A stretch of 64,000 nt of DNA from Bacteroidota bacterium (GTDB taxonomy: Bacteria > Bacteroidota > Bacteroidia > AKYH767-A > 2013-40CM-41-45): positions 22,562-86,561 of the forward strand of contig JAYTOX010000058.1 in assembly GCA_043747595.1 (NCBI GenBank). The letters run 5' to 3'. The translations under genes and the position numbers were made by a program. The notes beneath the pieces are model-generated. The model was not told the DNA's origin, did not search any database, and was given only the letters and a program-made list of their open reading frames with translations. Shown here in pieces: positions 10,357-20,021 of the stretch. Position 1 is the first letter of the stretch, and every line of letters begins with the position of its first letter.

Positions 10357-11043
10357 ATGCAGATCCGTCGCATACTATTTCTTAGCTTTTTTTGTCTAAT
10401 ATCAATAGGCACCTTTGCTCAGGTTCATTTACGAATTACAAGTTTGAGTCGTTTTCCTGTTGCTCCAAACGATACTGCTTTTGAGAGTCAAATCTATGAT
10501 AGTATTCTCGTTCAGGTTCAAAATATCGGGAATACAATTCTCACCGATAATATTTCAATTTACCTACAAAGTGCTCCGGCAAATCAAGTTGACACTATTT
10601 ACGACGATTCAAGTGCAACCTATACACTTCAACTTGGAGCATCTACAACTATAAGCAGTAATGGTTACCGCGCAAGGCCAATCCATTATGACGATGGCGA
10701 TAACATAGTAGTAGTATGGCCGGCAGCAAGATTTACCCCTTATACGTGCGATACGCTCACTTTCCACGTTTATTTTGTATCGCTTATTAATCAAATTCCT
10801 GATCGATTGACGCCTACAATTTCTATTGGTCCAAATCCTTCAACCAGCTTCATTTTAGTCGATTTGCCCGTCAAAAATACTTTCAAACAAGTAAGAATCA
10901 TCGATGGTAAAGGTGCTGAAATTAGGCAAATTGAGTCTGGTGAAAATTACATTTCGACTTCGTCGTGGCCAAGTGGAATCTATTTTTTAGAGCTGGTTGA
11001 TTCGAATGGACGAAAACAAGTTAAAAAGATAATCAAAGAATAG
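10357..11043 (+). CDS. secreted protein with T9SS C-terminal sorting domain
   Basis: Has a signal peptide. The C-terminus IGPNPSTSFILVDL...GIYFLELVDSNGRKQVKKIIKE is a T9SS tail. Confidence 0.55.
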   Translation: MQIRRILFLSFFCLISIGTFAQVHLRITSLSRFPVAPNDTAFESQIYDSILVQVQNIGNTILTDNISIYLQSAPANQVDTIYDDSSATYTLQLGASTTISSNGYRARPIHYDDGDNIVVVWPAARFTPYTCDTLTFHVYFVSLINQIPDRLTPTISIGPNPSTSFILVDLPVKNTFKQVRIIDGKGAEIRQIESGENYISTSSWPSGIYFLELVDSNGRKQVKKIIKE

Positions 11044-11094
11044 ACTGTTACCACGAATCTTCTGTTGAGAGAATGTCATTTAACAAACTAAGAT

Positions 11095-11102
11095 TATCTT
11101 TG
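11095..11102 (+). promoter_or_regulatory. candidate Bacteroidota sigma-A -7 element (TAnnTTTG) for ispG
   Basis: TATCTTTG lies 15 nt upstream of the ispG ATG. The -33 region reads TTTA rather than TTTG. Confidence 0.25.
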
Positions 11103-11116
11103 TTCTCCTCATTAGT

Positions 11117-13093
11117 ATGAAATTACAAACGCTCACAGCCGATTATTGCAATAGTCTCACAAACTACAACCGCCTTCTTACAAGAGAAGTGAACGTAGGC
11201 GATTTAATTATTGGAGGCAACCATCCTATTCGTGTGCAGTCGATGACTACCACAGATACGATGAATACAATTGCAACAGTAGAGCAAAGCATTAGAATGA
11301 TAGATGCCGGCTGTGAATTAGTTAGAATCACAGCTCCGAGTATTCATGAGGCGAAAAATTTAGAGAACATACGCAAAGAACTTCATAAGCGAGGTTATCA
11401 TGTTCCTTTAATTGCCGATATTCATTTTACTCCAAACGCTGCTGAAGCTGCGGCACGAATTGTAGAAAAGGTGCGAGTGAATCCGGGAAATTATGCCGAC
11501 AAGAAAAAATTTGAAACGCACGATTATTCAGATGCCACTTACGTTGACGAACTCGATCGTATTCGTGATCGTTTTATTCCTTTGGTAAATATTTGCAAAG
11601 AGTATGGTACAGCGATGCGAATCGGAACGAATCATGGTTCGTTGAGCGATAGAATACTGAGCAGATATGGCGACACTCCGCTCGGAATGGTTGAATCGGC
11701 ATTAGAGTTCCTCCGCATTTGCGAAAATGAAAACTACTTCAACATTGTGTTGTCGATGAAGTCGAGTAATCCACAAGTAATGGTTCAGGCATATCGATTG
11801 TTGATTACAAAAATGCAAGAAGAAGGAATGAACTATCCGTTGCATTTGGGAGTAACAGAAGCAGGCGAAGGAGAAGATGGCCGAATTAAATCTGCTGCGG
11901 GAATAGGAACACTTTTAGAAGACGGCATTGGCGATACAATTCGTGTGTCGCTTACCGAAGATCCTGAATTTGAAATACCCGTTGCTAAAGCACTAGTAGA
12001 TCGCTATCAGCGCCGACGAGAGCAATCAACATATATACCTTCTGTAGAAGAAATATCTCCGATAAATACGAAAGCGAATAACGAACTCACCTATTCGCCT
12101 TTCGATTATTCAAGAAGAGCAGCAGTACACATTCAAAATTTCGGCGAACACGAAGTTCCAAGAGTGATAGCAGACATCAGCCAACTTGAAAATATTACCG
12201 AAGCATCGTTATTTGCATGCGGCTATCAGTATGTTTTTGATACAGACAAATGGAATATTTCTGATCAGGCGTGCGATTATATTTTTTGTGGAAATAAAAC
12301 ACCTGAATTTGAAATACCCGGAACTTTGGGTGTAATTGTGAATGCCGACAAATGGATTCATAACAAGACGCGACATTTTCCATTTTTTACGTTTGAAAAT
12401 TATCTGAGTACACAATCAAGAAGTGATAAATTAAATTTTGTAAGTATTGAATTAAAAGATCTTTTCGGAAAAAATGGTCACGCAATAAAAGCTTTCGATG
12501 CTACAACTATTTTAGTAGCCAAAACAGCAAACGAACATGGCATGGCAGAACAACGGAGGCTATTTATTGAATTGAACAGAGCAGGAATTAATCTGCCGAT
12601 TGTTTCGCGAAGAAATTATAGTAGCAGCAATGCAGAAGAAGTTGCGTTACATGCATCAACAGATCTTGGCGCATTATTCTTAGATGGTTTTGGTGATGGA
12701 ATATGGATCAGTGCACCGAATGTAAGTGCGAGAAAACAAATCAATTCAACAGCATTTGGAATACTCCAAGCAACACGAACAAGAATTTCAAAAACAGAAT
12801 ATATTAGTTGTCCAAGTTGCGGACGAACACTTTTCGATTTGCAAGAAACCACAGCAAAAATTCGTTCGCGCACCGATCATTTAAAAGGTATCAAGATTGG
12901 AATTATGGGCTGCATAGTAAATGGTCCGGGAGAAATGGCTGATGCAGATTACGGCTATGTAGGCACAGGCGTAGGTAAAATAACACTGTATAAAGGTCGA
13001 GAAGTTGTTTCCCGAAATATCGATTCCGAAAATGCCGTTGATCAATTAATTGATCTTATTAAATCGCACGGTGATTGGGTGGAAAGGAAGTAA
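11117..13093 (+). CDS. ispG: 4-hydroxy-3-methylbut-2-en-1-yl diphosphate synthase (flavodoxin), long Bacteroidota-type with insertion domain
   Basis: The N-terminus carries NHPIRVQSMTTTDT and the C-terminus carries ISCPSCGRT...IMGCIVNGPGEMADADYGYVG. At 658 aa this fits the long-form GcpE. Confidence 0.9.
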   Translation: MKLQTLTADYCNSLTNYNRLLTREVNVGDLIIGGNHPIRVQSMTTTDTMNTIATVEQSIRMIDAGCELVRITAPSIHEAKNLENIRKELHKRGYHVPLIADIHFTPNAAEAAARIVEKVRVNPGNYADKKKFETHDYSDATYVDELDRIRDRFIPLVNICKEYGTAMRIGTNHGSLSDRILSRYGDTPLGMVESALEFLRICENENYFNIVLSMKSSNPQVMVQAYRLLITKMQEEGMNYPLHLGVTEAGEGEDGRIKSAAGIGTLLEDGIGDTIRVSLTEDPEFEIPVAKALVDRYQRRREQSTYIPSVEEISPINTKANNELTYSPFDYSRRAAVHIQNFGEHEVPRVIADISQLENITEASLFACGYQYVFDTDKWNISDQACDYIFCGNKTPEFEIPGTLGVIVNADKWIHNKTRHFPFFTFENYLSTQSRSDKLNFVSIELKDLFGKNGHAIKAFDATTILVAKTANEHGMAEQRRLFIELNRAGINLPIVSRRNYSSSNAEEVALHASTDLGALFLDGFGDGIWISAPNVSARKQINSTAFGILQATRTRISKTEYISCPSCGRTLFDLQETTAKIRSRTDHLKGIKIGIMGCIVNGPGEMADADYGYVGTGVGKITLYKGREVVSRNIDSENAVDQLIDLIKSHGDWVERK

Positions 13094-13313
13094 GAAGTAA
13101 GAAGTAAGAAGTAAGAAGTAAGAAGTAAGAAGTAAGAAGTAAGAAGTAAGAAGGGGCATTTTTTTCACTCACCAATTACCACTCACTACTCACTTAAAAG
13201 AAGTAAGAAGGGGCATTTTTTTCACTCACCAATTACCACTCACTACTCACTTAAAAGAAGTAAGAAAGTTACGCTTCATTTTTTTCACTCACCAATTACC
13301 ACTCACTACTCAC
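13086..13313 (+). repeat. composite intergenic repeat family A: (GAAGTAA)x~10 array + three tandem 47-bp units GGGCATTTTTTTCACTCACCAATTACCACTCACTACTCAC
   Basis: The array and units are read directly from the sequence. The ispG TAA stop is part of the first heptamer. The element fills the whole convergent ispG/kynA intergenic region. Confidence 0.75.
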
Positions 13314-13316
13314 CCA

Positions 13317-14267
13317 CTAAGCGATCACCGAATCAACCCAACCTTTACCCCACTCTTCCATTTCTTTTTCTGTCCACAATTCCGGATAAAATATTCTCCG
13401 TTGAAACCGTGGAGGTAAATATTTTTGCCAGTTAGTTCCGCCTGTCGCTTTAATATCTTCCGGATCTTTTTGTAAATAACGAACGGCCGATTTATAATGA
13501 CTCAATGGCCAGTTTACATTTACATTTACATCTAACATTTTCAATGTATCAATCAGCTTCTGATTTTTCTGATCTGCTTCTGGTAGTTTTCGTACCAACG
13601 CTCTAATATTTACATCAATATTAGTTTCTGCAAGCTTGATTAATTGAGCAGAATATTTTTCTTCAAACTGTTTTAACGTTAATGTTTTTTGTCCACTCTT
13701 TAATTCGGTAGCTCCTGCTTTCCAATATATGTGTTCAAACATTTCTTGTATAGCAGATTTACTATTGAAGCTCTCACGATTATCTTTTCCAACCAAGCGA
13801 ATAAAATCGGTAGCACATATTTCAATCATTCGATATTGAGCCGACTGAAATCCGCTCGCAGGCAATAAACTCATTCTGAATTTCAAAAATTGTTGATGCT
13901 CCATTCCATCCACCATAATTTCAAACGAACGAACAAGATTTTCAAAATAGCTATTCACTCGTCCCAATCGCGCAATCAAAAACTTCAACTCCGGTTTTTC
14001 TTGCGCGGCCATTTGCTGAAATTCATGTAGACACAATTTGAAATACAATTCTGTTATTTGATGATACATAATAAATATTTGTTCATCAGGGAAACTAGTC
14101 TTAGGACTTTGCAACGACAATAATGTATCGGCATGTATATAATCCCAATACGTTAAATAATCGGCATAGAGTAATCCGTCGAGGTAAGAAACAAGATCTT
14201 GCCCCATGGCATTATACTTTTTTTCCAGTTCCTCAATTCTGGTAATGATTTCCGGTTTTAATTCCAT
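13317..14267 (-). CDS. kynA: tryptophan 2,3-dioxygenase
   Basis: Carries YADYLTYWDYIHADTLLSLQSPKT..PDEQIFIMYHQITELYFKL, which matches the TDO signature Y.DYL...LLS.Q.P....DE..FI..HQ..EL.FK. The start is set at the internal Met (MELKPEI). Confidence 0.7.
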   Translation of the reverse strand: MELKPEIITRIEELEKKYNAMGQDLVSYLDGLLYADYLTYWDYIHADTLLSLQSPKTSFPDEQIFIMYHQITELYFKLCLHEFQQMAAQEKPELKFLIARLGRVNSYFENLVRSFEIMVDGMEHQQFLKFRMSLLPASGFQSAQYRMIEICATDFIRLVGKDNRESFNSKSAIQEMFEHIYWKAGATELKSGQKTLTLKQFEEKYSAQLIKLAETNIDVNIRALVRKLPEADQKNQKLIDTLKMLDVNVNVNWPLSHYKSAVRYLQKDPEDIKATGGTNWQKYLPPRFQRRIFYPELWTEKEMEEWGKGWVDSVIA

Positions 14268-14452
14268 AGGCGGAAGGTCGGAAAAAAACAGAAACAACAA
14301 AGCAGAAAAATGCACAAAGTAACGTGATACTTCTCAGTTAAAAAGAACCGAAAATTGTACTCTATAAATTAAATAAGCATTAAACGATTAGTTCACCACC
14401 AATCGGCCATTGGTTCACGCGATCCTTTAACTAAGGTCAACAATAAATCTAT

Positions 14453-14492
14453 TTGATAAAAAAAACCGGGAACAATTTTCATCGTTCCCGGT
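14453..14492 (-). terminator. rho-independent terminator for 14505..14801 gene
   Basis: On the minus strand CCGGGAACGATGAAAATTGTTCCCGG is followed by T8. Confidence 0.6.
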
Positions 14493-14504
14493 CTACAAGA
14501 GGTG

Positions 14505-14801
14505 TTATTTGCTTTCCTTTTTACTGTCCATTTTACCATCTCCCATTTTCTCTTTGTTCATTTTTTCCATCTTCATACATTCTGCTGTACAAACATGACC
14601 TTTTTCGCCATGAGCATACATGTGTTTACCATTCATGCAAGCAGCAGTACAAACATGCTCTTTCATCATTTTGTGATCAGTCATTTTCGAATCCATCGCT
14701 TTCGTTTCAGTCTTTTTAGTGTCAGTCGTTTTCGTTTGTGCGCTTACACTTACAGCTGCTAATAAGCCAATGATGGAAAATAATGCAATTACTTTTTTCA
14801 T
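14505..14801 (-). CDS. small secreted Met/His-rich protein with duplicated HVCTAxCM motif (putative metal-binding)
   Basis: Has a signal peptide (MKKVIALFSIIGLLAAVSVSAQ). Contains two copies of HVCTA(A/E)CM and many Met, His and Lys residues. Its own terminator lies downstream. Confidence 0.55.
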   Translation of the reverse strand: MKKVIALFSIIGLLAAVSVSAQTKTTDTKKTETKAMDSKMTDHKMMKEHVCTAACMNGKHMYAHGEKGHVCTAECMKMEKMNKEKMGDGKMDSKKESK

Positions 14802-15011
14802 TTTTTGTTTTTTTAAGAGTTAGAATATATAGATGATTAATTATTTTAAAGTGAGAAACACAAACCAATTTTTGCTTGCTATATTCAATTTACGAGTTAA
14901 TCCCCAAATCGGATTTATTCCGATACCTATTTAACTCTATAGTCGGAGTTAAATTGAAAACCTGACAACCCATTCCAACCTTTTAACAAATAATTAAAAT
15001 TTGTTTAAAAA

Positions 15012-15046
15012 AATAGCCCGAATTGAATTCAATCCGGGCTATAAAC
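15012..15046 (-). terminator. rho-independent terminator downstream of DUF3108 gene
   Basis: ATAGCCCGAATTGAATTCAATCCGGGCTAT is a perfect stem flanked by A/T runs. Confidence 0.55.
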
Positions 15047-15061
15047 TAAACCTAATTATTT

Positions 15062-15847
15062 TTACTTAACCAATGCCGGTGTGCTTGCTAGATTAGAGTA
15101 ACTCACCAAATCCATTTTTATTGATCCAACTAATATATCAGTTTGAACACGGATAGGTATTTTATTTGCATCATCGCTCACCCAAATCGTCATATCTTCT
15201 TGATCTTTAAAAACACGACCTTGTTGCAACATCGGTCGCAGTTTTATACATCTGAACTTGCCAACTTTACTATCTACAATTTCTCTTCCTAAAAATTTTA
15301 GGTTGAGAGGAATTACTTTATCATCTAAATAACCTGTAATCTCAAAAATGTCGCCTTCTTTTGCACCTGTAAAATCAATTGTTCGTGCGTAATAGAAAGA
15401 CGAAACAAGATCTTGTGTATTTTCAGGAATTGAGATTGTTGCCTTTTCGCTTTTTGCACTATCAACGAAGTGATTGAAACTTACATTCTGATTAATAATA
15501 TATCCGCCTTCATTTACACGACGAACAAAAAGCCAAGGTATAATAGCATCTTTATCGACTAAACTTTCATAACGATCGCGCACTTTAAAAAACCAATCGA
15601 ATGCACCTACCGATTTTCCGGTACCAACGAAATGATAGCAATCTCTTCCTCCTAAATTAGTGTAATCGGGTTGTACTTCGAGAGTGGCTTCACCGGCATC
15701 CATTATTCCATAATGGATTCTAAATTTTAAAACTTCGCCCGGTTTGAAAGCCGAATTGTTGATGGAACGTAATGTTTTTGGAGTAGCGCTAAAACCAATT
15801 TCTGACACAAAAAGTAAAGCGGCTAACAGACAAATTTTATTTTTCAT
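15062..15847 (-). CDS. DUF3108 domain-containing protein (secreted)
   Basis: The start is set at the internal Met (MKNKICLLAALLFVSEIGFSA), which gives a signal peptide. The sequence has DUF3108-like GEVLKFRIHYGIMDAGEATLEV. Confidence 0.55.
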   Translation of the reverse strand: MKNKICLLAALLFVSEIGFSATPKTLRSINNSAFKPGEVLKFRIHYGIMDAGEATLEVQPDYTNLGGRDCYHFVGTGKSVGAFDWFFKVRDRYESLVDKDAIIPWLFVRRVNEGGYIINQNVSFNHFVDSAKSEKATISIPENTQDLVSSFYYARTIDFTGAKEGDIFEITGYLDDKVIPLNLKFLGREIVDSKVGKFRCIKLRPMLQQGRVFKDQEDMTIWVSDDANKIPIRVQTDILVGSIKMDLVSYSNLASTPALVK

Positions 15848-15874
15848 ACAGTAGGAATTACAAACACTATACCG

Positions 15875-15912
15875 AAAAAAAAGCGGCTGATTTACAAACG
15901 TAAATAAGCCGC
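15875..15912 (-). terminator. candidate terminator after scpB
   Basis: The stem GCGGCT...AGCCGC is preceded on the plus strand by A8, which becomes a T-run on the minus strand. There is an extra palindrome AGCGATCAAATATTGATCGCT at the scpB stop. Confidence 0.4.
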
Positions 15913-15943
15913 GGATATTGGTAGCGATCAAATATTGATCGCT

Positions 15944-16804
15944 CTATTCTTCGTCGTTTTCAGCCGAAATATCTGTTGTTTCGTCAGCAGCTTCAACATT
16001 GTTTTCGTTTTCTAAGAAAATAGCTTTTCTGTCGGGCATTTCCATTACTTCATCGGCTGATGCAAGTTCCTCTAGGTCAGAACCTTCAATCGAATATTCT
16101 ATAAACTCAGATTCTTGAGCTACAATTTCAGCAACATTCTCACCTTCAATTGGACTTTCTTCAGATGAATCAGCCTCCACAACCATTTCCTCTTGATTAT
16201 CGGTAGTGTTTTCAGGTAATTCTGGAATATAATTGGAAGCATCGAGCATTTCTGAAGTCCCTATTTCGTTCGATTCTAAATGAATATCTTTCAACTGAGG
16301 AAGATCTTTCACGTTTTTAATACCGAAATAATCCATGAACGTGCGACTAGTACTATAAAGAACCGGGCGCCCAGGTGTATCACTTTTCCCCGAAATTTCA
16401 ATTAATTCCTTCTCAAGCAACTTATGAATAGCATAATCGCAACTTACCCCACGAATATGTTCAACTTCCGACTTCGCAATAGGCTGACGGTAAGCGATGA
16501 TAGCCAAGGTTTCCATCTGAGAAACAGAGAGTTTCTTCTTCGACTTATGCTGAATAAGCGAGTTAATAGTTGGATGATACTGTTTTTTAGTCAAAAACTG
16601 ATAGCCATCAGATATTTCCATAAGCTCAAACGAAAAATCGTCAGACACATATTTCGCCTTAATTTCCTCGATAGCGTTTAAAAGCTCTTCATTGGTTAAA
16701 TCCCAATCAAAAGATAGTTTCAGCGAGGCCTTTATTTCATCGAGCGAAATGCTTTGTTCTGAGCAGAATATAAGCGCTTCGACCTGTTGTTTTAATAACT
16801 CCAT
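15944..16804 (-). CDS. scpB: segregation and condensation protein B with acidic C-terminal tail
   Basis: Carries MELLKQQVEALIFCSEQSISLDEI...AIIAYRQPIAKSEVEHIRGV, the ScpB winged-helix repeats. Confidence 0.8.
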   Translation of the reverse strand: MELLKQQVEALIFCSEQSISLDEIKASLKLSFDWDLTNEELLNAIEEIKAKYVSDDFSFELMEISDGYQFLTKKQYHPTINSLIQHKSKKKLSVSQMETLAIIAYRQPIAKSEVEHIRGVSCDYAIHKLLEKELIEISGKSDTPGRPVLYSTSRTFMDYFGIKNVKDLPQLKDIHLESNEIGTSEMLDASNYIPELPENTTDNQEEMVVEADSSEESPIEGENVAEIVAQESEFIEYSIEGSDLEELASADEVMEMPDRKAIFLENENNVEAADETTDISAENDEE

Positions 16805-16973
16805 TCTTGAATAAATTAGAACTGCGAATATTGATAATTAATAGACTGAAAGCAAAATTATTTGTTGACAATTGTTAAAAAAAATAGTCGAATTTTAAGA
16901 GGAAAGCCTCAAAGTTCTATTTGAAATTTGTTAGATTGGATAACGGAGAAAAGAAGCTCTGAACCAATGAGAA

Positions 16974-19748
16974 TTACACGACAACATTCACAATTTTCCC
17001 ATGAACAACAATCATTCGTTTTGGTATTTGTCCGTTGAGAAGCTTAATAACATCAGCATTCGATAGCACTTCCTTTTCAACTTCTTCTTTCGTGAATGCT
17101 AAAGGAAGAGGCAAGTTGAATTTTGTTTTTCCGTTTACCGAAATCGGGTATGCAAATTCAGACTCTACAAGATACTCTTCATTACATTCAGGGAAAACAT
17201 CTTTCGTAACACTTTCTTTTTTACCTAGCAGCTCCCAAAGTTCTTCAGCAATATGAGGAGCATAAGGAGAAACAATTATAGCTAATGGCTCCAGAATTTT
17301 TCGCTTGTTGCATTTCAATTCTGTTAATTCATTTACACAAATCATAAAAGTACTAACAGAAGTATTGAAAGAAAATTTTTCAATATCCTCTTTTACTTTT
17401 TTAATAGTCTTGTGAAGAATTTTATACTCCGCTTTACTAGGTTCCGCATCGCTGATGTCAACAAGCATTTCCTTTCCCGGCTCTCCTGCCTTATGATATA
17501 ATTTCCAAAGTTTGCGAATAAAACCTGATGTTCCTGTAATTCCATTCGTGTTCCAAGGCTTTGATAATTCGAGAGGTCCTAAAAACATCTCATACAGACG
17601 AAGACAATCAGCGCCATATTTCTCGATCATCGAATCAGGACTTACCACATTCCATTTCGACTTCGACATTTTCTCTACTTCATTACCGCAAATGTATTTT
17701 CCATCTTCCAAAATGAATTCTGCATTTTTATATTCCTCTCGCCAATTTTTAAATGCATTAATATCGAGTACATCGCCTTCCACCATATTTACATCAACAT
17801 GCCATGCCGTTACATCAAAATCTTTATTCAATCCGGCTGAAACAAATTTGTTAGAGTCTTTAATACGATAAACAAAATTAGATCGCCCTTGAATCATTCC
17901 TTGGTTAATCAATTTCTTCGCAGGTTCTTCAATAGAAATAAATCCGCGATCGAATAAAAACTTTGTCCAAAAACGAACATACAATAAATGACCGGTCGCA
18001 TGTTCTGCCCCGCCCATATACAAATCTACATCCTTCCAATAATTCAACGCTTCCTTTGATGCAATTTCTTTTTCATTAGTTGCATCCATATAACGCAAAT
18101 AATACCAAGAAGAGCCGGCCCATCCCGGCATCGTCGTCGTTTCAATAGGATAACCTTTGTAATTAAAATCTTTCGCTCTAGCTAAAGGTGGCTCGCCGTC
18201 TTCTGTAGGTAAATATTTATCTACTTCAGGCAAAACAATTGGAAGATCTTTTTCATCGACAGTAAACGGAATTCCGTCTTTGTAATAAATTGGAATTGGT
18301 TCGCCCCAATAACGTTGACGACCGAAGATTGCATCACGCAAACGATAATTTATTTTTCCTTTACCTAGATTTCTGTTTTCTATTTTCTCAATCATTTTCT
18401 TGATTGCCGATTTTACATCAAGCCCATTTAGAAAATCAGAGTTAATAATGAGCCCTTCTTTTGCATCGTACGATTCATTTTCTATATTTCCACCAGAAAC
18501 AACTTCGACAATAGGAAGATTAAAATGTTTTGCAAACGCATAATCTCTGGAATCGTGTGCCGGCACAGCCATTACAGCGCCTGTTCCATAGCTGGCAAGT
18601 ACATAATCGCCAATCCAAATTGGAATTTTATTTCCACTAAAAGGATGTATTGCATAAGCACCGGTAAAAACGCCCGTAATATTTTTCACCTCCGCCATTC
18701 GTTCACGCTCACTTCTATTTTTTGCTTCAAGGATATACGAATTAACTTCATTTCGATATTCAGGAGTGGTAATCATATCGGCAAATTCATGTTCAGGCGC
18801 AATCGTCATATAGGTAGCGCCGAAAATTGTATCAGGACGAGTAGTAAAAATTAAAAGTTCCAGGTGAGAGTGTGCAATTTTAAAATTTAGTTCAGCACCT
18901 TCGCTACGACCAATCCAATTACGTTGCTGCTCCTTTAAAGAATCGCTCCATTCTATGTGATCAAGTCCTTCAAGTAATCGTTGAGCGTAAGCAGTAATTC
19001 TCATCGACCACTGTTTCATCAACTTTCGTTCTACAGGATAACCACCGCGTTCGCTCACACCATCTTTTACCTCTTCATTTGCTAAAACAGTACCAAGCAC
19101 AGGGCACCAATTCACAAAGCCTTCGGAGATATAAGCGAGACGATAATTTATTAAAATTTCTTGTTGTTCTTTTTCAGAAAAAGCGAGCCATTGATCATTA
19201 GAAAAAATCCGTTCTTCAGAAGTAACAGCAGAAATAGTTTGATTGCCCGATTTTTCAAATTCGTTTATCAGTGTTTTTATTTCTTCAGCTTTATTACTTT
19301 TCTTATTGTACCAAGAATTAAAAAACTGAATAAAGATCCACTGAGTCCATTTGTAATAGGCCGGATCCGATGTTCTGACCTCTCTCGACCAATCGAAAGA
19401 AAATCCGATCTGATCTAATTGTTGACGATAACGTGCAATATTTTGTTCGGTAGTAATTGCAGGATGTTGTCCGGTTTGAATGGCATATTGTTCGGCAGGA
19501 AGACCAAACGAATCGTATCCCATCGGATGCAGCACATTGAAACCTGTTAAACGTTTGTATCGAGCATAAATATCAGAAGCAATATAGCCAAGCGGATGAC
19601 CAACATGCAAACCGGCACCGGAAGGATAGGGGAACATATCGAGCACATAATATTTCTCTTTAGAAGAATTTGATTCAGCACGATACGACTGGTGTTTCCG
19701 CCAGTAGTCTTGCCATTTTTTTTCTATCGTAGTAAAGTTGTATTCCAT
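16974..19748 (-). CDS. leuS: leucine--tRNA ligase
   Basis: Has the HIGH-region HVGHPLGY, the KMSKSK motif, and the CP1 editing domain. The product is 924 aa. Confidence 0.95.
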   Translation of the reverse strand: MEYNFTTIEKKWQDYWRKHQSYRAESNSSKEKYYVLDMFPYPSGAGLHVGHPLGYIASDIYARYKRLTGFNVLHPMGYDSFGLPAEQYAIQTGQHPAITTEQNIARYRQQLDQIGFSFDWSREVRTSDPAYYKWTQWIFIQFFNSWYNKKSNKAEEIKTLINEFEKSGNQTISAVTSEERIFSNDQWLAFSEKEQQEILINYRLAYISEGFVNWCPVLGTVLANEEVKDGVSERGGYPVERKLMKQWSMRITAYAQRLLEGLDHIEWSDSLKEQQRNWIGRSEGAELNFKIAHSHLELLIFTTRPDTIFGATYMTIAPEHEFADMITTPEYRNEVNSYILEAKNRSERERMAEVKNITGVFTGAYAIHPFSGNKIPIWIGDYVLASYGTGAVMAVPAHDSRDYAFAKHFNLPIVEVVSGGNIENESYDAKEGLIINSDFLNGLDVKSAIKKMIEKIENRNLGKGKINYRLRDAIFGRQRYWGEPIPIYYKDGIPFTVDEKDLPIVLPEVDKYLPTEDGEPPLARAKDFNYKGYPIETTTMPGWAGSSWYYLRYMDATNEKEIASKEALNYWKDVDLYMGGAEHATGHLLYVRFWTKFLFDRGFISIEEPAKKLINQGMIQGRSNFVYRIKDSNKFVSAGLNKDFDVTAWHVDVNMVEGDVLDINAFKNWREEYKNAEFILEDGKYICGNEVEKMSKSKWNVVSPDSMIEKYGADCLRLYEMFLGPLELSKPWNTNGITGTSGFIRKLWKLYHKAGEPGKEMLVDISDAEPSKAEYKILHKTIKKVKEDIEKFSFNTSVSTFMICVNELTELKCNKRKILEPLAIIVSPYAPHIAEELWELLGKKESVTKDVFPECNEEYLVESEFAYPISVNGKTKFNLPLPLAFTKEEVEKEVLSNADVIKLLNGQIPKRMIVVHGKIVNVVV

Positions 19749-19750
19749 AT

Positions 19751-19856
19751 TTTAGTGAGTGGTGAGTGGTGAATGGTGAGTAGTGAGTAAAAAAATCCAT
19801 CCATTTATGGCCTTCTTACTTCATCCTTCTTCCTTTTTACTTCATCCTTTCTTTAA
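19751..19856 (-). repeat. composite repeat family A copy (inverted orientation) abutting the leuS start codon
   Basis: The reverse complement reads (GAAGGATGAAGTAA..)-GGCCATAAATGGATGGATTTTTTT-ACTCACTACTCACCATTCACCACTCACCACTCAC. It lies 3 nt upstream of the leuS ATG. Confidence 0.65.
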
Positions 19857-20021
19857 TCAGTAGCGAGTAAACAATAGGTTTCCCAGTTATAAACTCCGCT
19901 GCTTGACTCCATTTAAACGCCATTTCTTCATTAACATGCGAATGTAGAAAAATAAGCCGAAAGGAGAGATTTTTTGACCCTAGTACCGATAAACTTTTTA
20001 TACTTTCGTTTTCTGAAAGTT

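Noticed and set aside
14453-14762. Plus-strand ORFs 14453..14719 and 14502..14762 overlapping the Met/His-rich gene
   Set aside because: Only the minus-strand ORF has a signal peptide and a downstream terminator. The plus-strand ORFs are low-complexity mirror translations.
17035-19418. Multiple 70-120-aa ORFs antisense or out-of-frame within leuS
   Set aside because: They are embedded in a strongly supported 924-aa leuS CDS and have no independent support.
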